A stretch of DNA of 24,292 bases. It comes from Desulfurella sp. (GTDB lineage: Bacteria; Campylobacterota_A; Desulfurellia; Desulfurellales; Desulfurellaceae). The DNA is taken from NCBI GenBank assembly GCA_031960885.1, contig JAVRLY010000014.1, positions 1 to 24,292 on the forward strand. Reading direction: 5' to 3'. A program made the position numbers and the translations under genes. The notes under the pieces are model-generated. The model was not told where the DNA came from, ran no database searches, and saw only the letters and a program-made list of their open reading frames with translations. Below, piece after piece: positions 20,862 to 24,292 of the stretch; position 1 is the first letter of the stretch, and every line of letters starts with the position of its first letter.

Positions 20862-21579
20862 ATGCCCTTTGAGCAGCTATCATATCAACCATTTCTTGTA
20901 CTACGCTAACGTTTGACATCTCTAGGTAGCCTTGATTAATAGTCCCAAGACCATTGATTCCTGGCGTGCCAAGCGTAGGCGTGCCAGAAGATACAGTTTG
21001 TTGATATAAGTTTTGACCAATTGCTTTAAGTCCTGCTGGGTTTGCAAAAAAGGCCAATTGTATTTGACCAAGTTGTGTTGGTGTAGTTTGCCCAGCTTCT
21101 AACACAGATATAGTACCGTCATTTCCAACGCTTATAGATGTAGTATCCTGCGGTATTGTAATTTCTGGCGATAGAGGGTATCCATCTGTTGTTACTATTC
21201 TGCCATTATTGTCTAATTTAAAATCGCCTGCTCTGGTATAAGCTATTGTGCCATCTGGCATCGTAATTTGAAAAAAACCACTACCTTGTATAGCTAAATC
21301 AAGAGGATTTCCCGTTTCTTGCAAACTACCTTGCATAAAATTTTTTGAGACATCTGCCAATTGCGAGCCTAACCCAATTTGAATGCCAGTTGGCTCTACA
21401 GTGTTTGAAGTAGTATTAACGCCAGCTTCTTTTTGGGTTTGATATATTAAATCTTCGAAATCAGCCCTTGAGCGTTTAAAACCAACAGTGTTTACGTTTG
21501 CTAAGTTGTTTGCTATAACATCTATGTTTGTTTGCTGGCCTTGCATGCCAGTAGCTGCTGTCCACAAAGCTCTAATCAT
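20791..21579 (-). CDS. flgG: Flagellar basal-body distal rod protein FlgG
   Basis: [12 protein letters not shown]...[65 protein letters not shown]. Confidence 0.98.
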   Translation of the reverse strand: MIRALWTAATGMQGQQTNIDVIANNLANVNTVGFKRSRADFEDLIYQTQKEAGVNTTSNTVEPTGIQIGLGSQLADVSKNFMQGSLQETGNPLDLAIQGSGFFQITMPDGTIAYTRAGDFKLDNNGRIVTTDGYPLSPEITIPQDTTSISVGNDGTISVLEAGQTTPTQLGQIQLAFFANPAGLKAIGQNLYQQTVSSGTPTLGTPGINGLGTINQGYLEMSNVSVVQEMVDMIAAQRAYETNAKVIQTSDQMLQTANNLKQ

Positions 21580-21596
21580 TTTGTGTTTCCTCCTAT

Positions 21597-22385
21597 CTAA
21601 GTAACACTACCTAATTGGATTGTGTTTGGTATGAGTTGATTTGCAAATGTTGATATTACTTTTTGATAACTATCATATGAGCGTTGATTTTGTATAAGCT
21701 CGACCATCTCTTTTATAATATTAACATTTGATTGTTCTAGATAGCCTTCTTTTAGTGAAAAGCTTGCTGTCAATTGTGGTTGCATATTATTAATGGGTAC
21801 GAAACAGTTATCTCCAACTTTTCTCAAATTTGCATAGTTGGGAAAATCTCTTATGGCAATAGTATCTGTTTGTGCGCCATTGTTAAGTACCGCGCCAGTT
21901 TGAGAAAACTCTGTTTGAGAATCTACTTTAATCATTTTTCCATTTTTAAAATAATTTTCGCCAATAACTGGATAATTCGTGCCCGCCTGCACAAGTATGC
22001 CTTGATTATTTATGCTAAATTGACCATCTCGAGTATACTCTATGCCATTTGGGCTAAGTACGGCAAAAAAACCTTTGCCTTCAATGGCAAAATCCAATTT
22101 ATTTCCAGTCTTTTCCAAAGAACCTTGTGAAAAATTTATATAATCTTTATCCATATGAACAACGGAATTTACGGATTCATTAATGAAATTAGCTGCCAAG
22201 CGTGTGTTGGGTTCAATTGGTAAATTGGCATTTGCATAACCCAAAAATTCTGACCAGCTTTTTTGATTAATCCCTTCGCTTTTAAAACCAACAGTATTTG
22301 AATTTGCTATGTTATTTGCAATGTTATTGACTCTTTGTGCAGCAATAATCATAGCACTAGCTGATGTGTAAATACCACTTAGCAT
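21597..22385 (-). CDS. flgF: Flagellar basal-body proximal rod protein FlgF
   Basis: [10 protein letters not shown]...[38 protein letters not shown]; upstream of flgG. Start ATG 22385 after GGAGGTG. Confidence 0.9.
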   Translation of the reverse strand: MLSGIYTSASAMIIAAQRVNNIANNIANSNTVGFKSEGINQKSWSEFLGYANANLPIEPNTRLAANFINESVNSVVHMDKDYINFSQGSLEKTGNKLDFAIEGKGFFAVLSPNGIEYTRDGQFSINNQGILVQAGTNYPVIGENYFKNGKMIKVDSQTEFSQTGAVLNNGAQTDTIAIRDFPNYANLRKVGDNCFVPINNMQPQLTASFSLKEGYLEQSNVNIIKEMVELIQNQRSYDSYQKVISTFANQLIPNTIQLGSVT

Positions 22386-22408
22386 TAAACACCTCCACAA
22401 AGCGTATA

Positions 22409-22426
22409 TAGCAAATTCTGTTCTTA
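22409..22426 (-). promoter_or_regulatory. Degenerate sigma54 (-24/-12) promoter-like element upstream of flgF
   Basis: Minus strand TAAGAACA-GAAT-TTGCTA versus the Campylobacterota consensus TTGGAACR-N4-TTGCTT. The N10 spacing is correct, but the -24 GG is AG. Confidence 0.5.
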
Positions 22427-23539
22427 ATTATTTAAAAGTTGGTTGTTTTTTACAATTTGTGCAATTTCTTGTAAAAGCGTATGCTTATTGTCTACTATAT
22501 CTTGCGTAATTTCCCATATTGCAACACCACCTAAATTCATAGAAAATGCATAACGAATTTTATCACTTATCGATGATAAATCATCAAAACTATAATAAAT
22601 TTTATTTTTTTTGTTAACCAGATATGGCGTTTTTGTCATAAAATCCCAAAAGTATTGATAATCGTCGTTTTTCAATAGGGATAATATGTTTCTGTAAGTT
22701 GCAGCATAGGATTTATTAAATTCTTGGCAAGGTTCATCTGCATTAAAAGCTCTGCCATAAAAAGGTATGCCAAGTAACATACTTTTTGATTCAACGCCTC
22801 TTGCAAGCCAGTACTCAATGCTTTTTTGAATGTCATGAGAGTTACAAAAACCTGATTTTAAAGGAGCGTTATATCCGCTAATTGAGCTCCAACCTCCAGC
22901 ATAATCGTATGTCATAACAATAAAATAGTTGACAAGCGGTTTTAAAAAATCAATATCAAAATAGCGACCTGAGTAATTTGCGTAAGGTAAATCAACACTA
23001 ATAATAAAGTTATCACCTAAACTTTCCCTTAGAGTTTTAACGAAATTATTTAGACTTAGCGTATCAATTGTGCTTTTTGGAAATTCCCAATCTATATCTA
23101 TACCGTCATAGTGATTAGTTTTGATGAAATCTATTAGTTGTGAAGTAAATTTGTCAAACAATAAAGGGTTATTAAGTACTGTTGAAAAATAAGTAGAAGT
23201 AGCTCCTCCACCTACTGATATTATAGGTTTTACATCTATGTTTTTGCTTATACTAATAAATTCCTTATTTTCAAAGTTTTTGGGAATAATAAGTTCACCA
23301 TTTTTGTTTGGCCAAACAAATGCATGGTAAACCATATTTATATCATTATTGATAGCAATTTGAGGTATAAATTTTGATTGTTCCCAGTAAGGATAAAAAC
23401 CTACAATTAAAAAATTTGAATGTTTTGTTTGAATTTTTTTTTCTACCACTGGCTGTAGTTGGGCAAATTCAGTAGTCTTTTGCTGATAACTACAGCCAGC
23501 GATAAACAATAACGCTATGATAAGCGTTAGTAATTTCAT
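22424..23539 (-). CDS. Glycoside hydrolase family 18 (chitinase-like) lipoprotein
   Basis: Lipobox LFIAGC, SVGG, intact catalytic DGIDIDWEFP, VMTYDY, LGIPFYG, LGGVAIWEI. Confidence 0.93.
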   Translation of the reverse strand: MKLLTLIIALLFIAGCSYQQKTTEFAQLQPVVEKKIQTKHSNFLIVGFYPYWEQSKFIPQIAINNDINMVYHAFVWPNKNGELIIPKNFENKEFISISKNIDVKPIISVGGGATSTYFSTVLNNPLLFDKFTSQLIDFIKTNHYDGIDIDWEFPKSTIDTLSLNNFVKTLRESLGDNFIISVDLPYANYSGRYFDIDFLKPLVNYFIVMTYDYAGGWSSISGYNAPLKSGFCNSHDIQKSIEYWLARGVESKSMLLGIPFYGRAFNADEPCQEFNKSYAATYRNILSLLKNDDYQYFWDFMTKTPYLVNKKNKIYYSFDDLSSISDKIRYAFSMNLGGVAIWEITQDIVDNKHTLLQEIAQIVKNNQLLNN

Positions 23540-23541
23540 TT

Positions 23542-24084
23542 TTACTTGTTGATAATAATTTTATCTGTCTTTTTTAATTCTTCGATATAGTTGTCTAATG
23601 TTTGTTTCTTTTTGATATTTGTCAAGTACTGTGAAATTTCAGGTTTTATTTTACTAAGTGGCGGGATTTGACCTTTTGCATCTTTTAATTTTGACTTATT
23701 TTGATTGTAAAAGTCTGTAATTTCTTTATCTGTTGGTGCAAAATTTTGATTGCCAAATTTCCTTTGAAGTAGCGCATTTATCAAAATATTGTTTGTTTGA
23801 GATTTAATTTCTTGTTCAACCTGAGGGTCTTTTTCTAAATTTAGTTTTTTTGCTTCATCAAGCAAAACTCTTTCGCTAATTAAAGAGTTTAGGACATTCT
23901 CTCTAATTTGAGCAGCATTTTTATTATTTACTACGCCAGCAGGTAGCGATTTAATAAAATTATCCACAGCCGATTGTGTAATTTCATATCCATTGACGGT
24001 AGCCAATACTTTGTCTTGTGTTTGAGCAAAAGCAGTAGCCGTAAAAAAAACCATTACCAAAAACAAACTCGCTAAAAATTTCAT
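23542..24084 (-). CDS. Periplasmic PrsA/SurA/PEB4-like chaperone lacking the parvulin domain
   Basis: Signal peptide (AFA), VLATVNGYEIT, VLNSLISERVLLDEAKKLNL, TDKEITDFYNQNK, then PLSKIKPEISQYL...IEELKK. Start ATG 24084 after AAGGAG. Confidence 0.8.
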   Translation of the reverse strand: MKFLASLFLVMVFFTATAFAQTQDKVLATVNGYEITQSAVDNFIKSLPAGVVNNKNAAQIRENVLNSLISERVLLDEAKKLNLEKDPQVEQEIKSQTNNILINALLQRKFGNQNFAPTDKEITDFYNQNKSKLKDAKGQIPPLSKIKPEISQYLTNIKKKQTLDNYIEELKKTDKIIINK

Positions 24085-24120
24085 ACACACTCCTTAAAAA
24101 AATTTATTTCATCCGTTAAA

Positions 24121-24149
24121 ATCCTATACATTCATAATGGTTTTGTCAA
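24121..24149 (-). promoter_or_regulatory. sigma70-type promoter of the foldase-GH18-flgFGA operon
   Basis: Minus strand TTGACA (24149-24144), 17-nt spacer, TAGGAT (24126-24121). Confidence 0.65.
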
Positions 24150-24171
24150 CCTTAAAATGTCCAAAATACCA

Positions 24172-24292
24172 GATAGGTCCCAACATATTTACCACCCTAA
24201 ACAAATCGAGATAATATCTGATCTCAAGGAGGGTGGTGAAATGAAAAAAGAGTTAAGTAAGATTATAGGGGCAGAAAACCTAATGAGAGGTT
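24172..24292 (+). mobile_element. Possible left end of an insertion sequence (IS256/Mutator-like?)
   Basis: Local GC rises to 45/121 (37%). The GATAGGTC start loosely resembles IS256/ISLre2 termini. An RBS-sequestering hairpin contains an internal promoter candidate. The other end is not visible. Confidence 0.3.
24241..24292 (+). CDS. Partial CDS (N-terminal 17 codons, MKKELSKIIGAENLMRG), possibly a transposase
   Basis: ATG 24241 preceded by a strong SD AAGGAGG (24226-24232); open to the window edge. The product is a guess from context only. Confidence 0.55.
   Translation, partial: MKKELSKIIGAENLMRG

Noticed and set aside
14731..22130. Other short antisense ORFs (14731-14961, 16077-16355, 19107-19322, 19610-19876, 20635-20916, 21774-22130)
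   Set aside because: All lie opposite confidently identified genes and have no independent support.

Overview
AT-rich bacterial chromosomal window (roughly 30% GC by eye) made almost entirely of core genes. It is most consistent with a Desulfurellales-like member of Campylobacterota (inference from the Campylobacter-type insertion in FlgF plus a DUF503-containing infB operon). Left to right: (1) the N-terminus of a TolC-like protein and an APC amino-acid permease, each with a near-consensus sigma70 promoter. (2) A tightly overlapping 10-gene minus-strand operon: cpoB-like, cysS, alternative sigma70-family factor, J-domain/TPR, DUF2062, lpxH, short prmA, ligA, small membrane protein, fliA. (3) A divergent rimP-nusA-infB-DUF503-rbfA-nrnA-truB operon extended by a PadR regulator and an HD-GYP protein. 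(4) A convergent minus-strand operon: parvulin-less PrsA/SurA-like foldase, GH18 lipoprotein, flgF, flgG, flgA, ubiX, ubiB. (5) At the right edge, a hairpin-sequestered gene start that may be the end of an insertion sequence. I found no rRNA, tRNA, CRISPR array, prophage or defence island, and no clear-cut new multi-gene system. Best leads: a DUF2062 gene with no canonical start codon, sitting +1 out of frame behind an SD plus A8 run at the end of the J-domain gene (ATA start, or frameshift/slippage fusion); a GH18 hydrolase at the head of the flagellar rod genes whose stop codon overlaps a degenerate sigma54 promoter; an HD-GYP protein with a metal-ligand Asp>Asn change; and the putative IS end.
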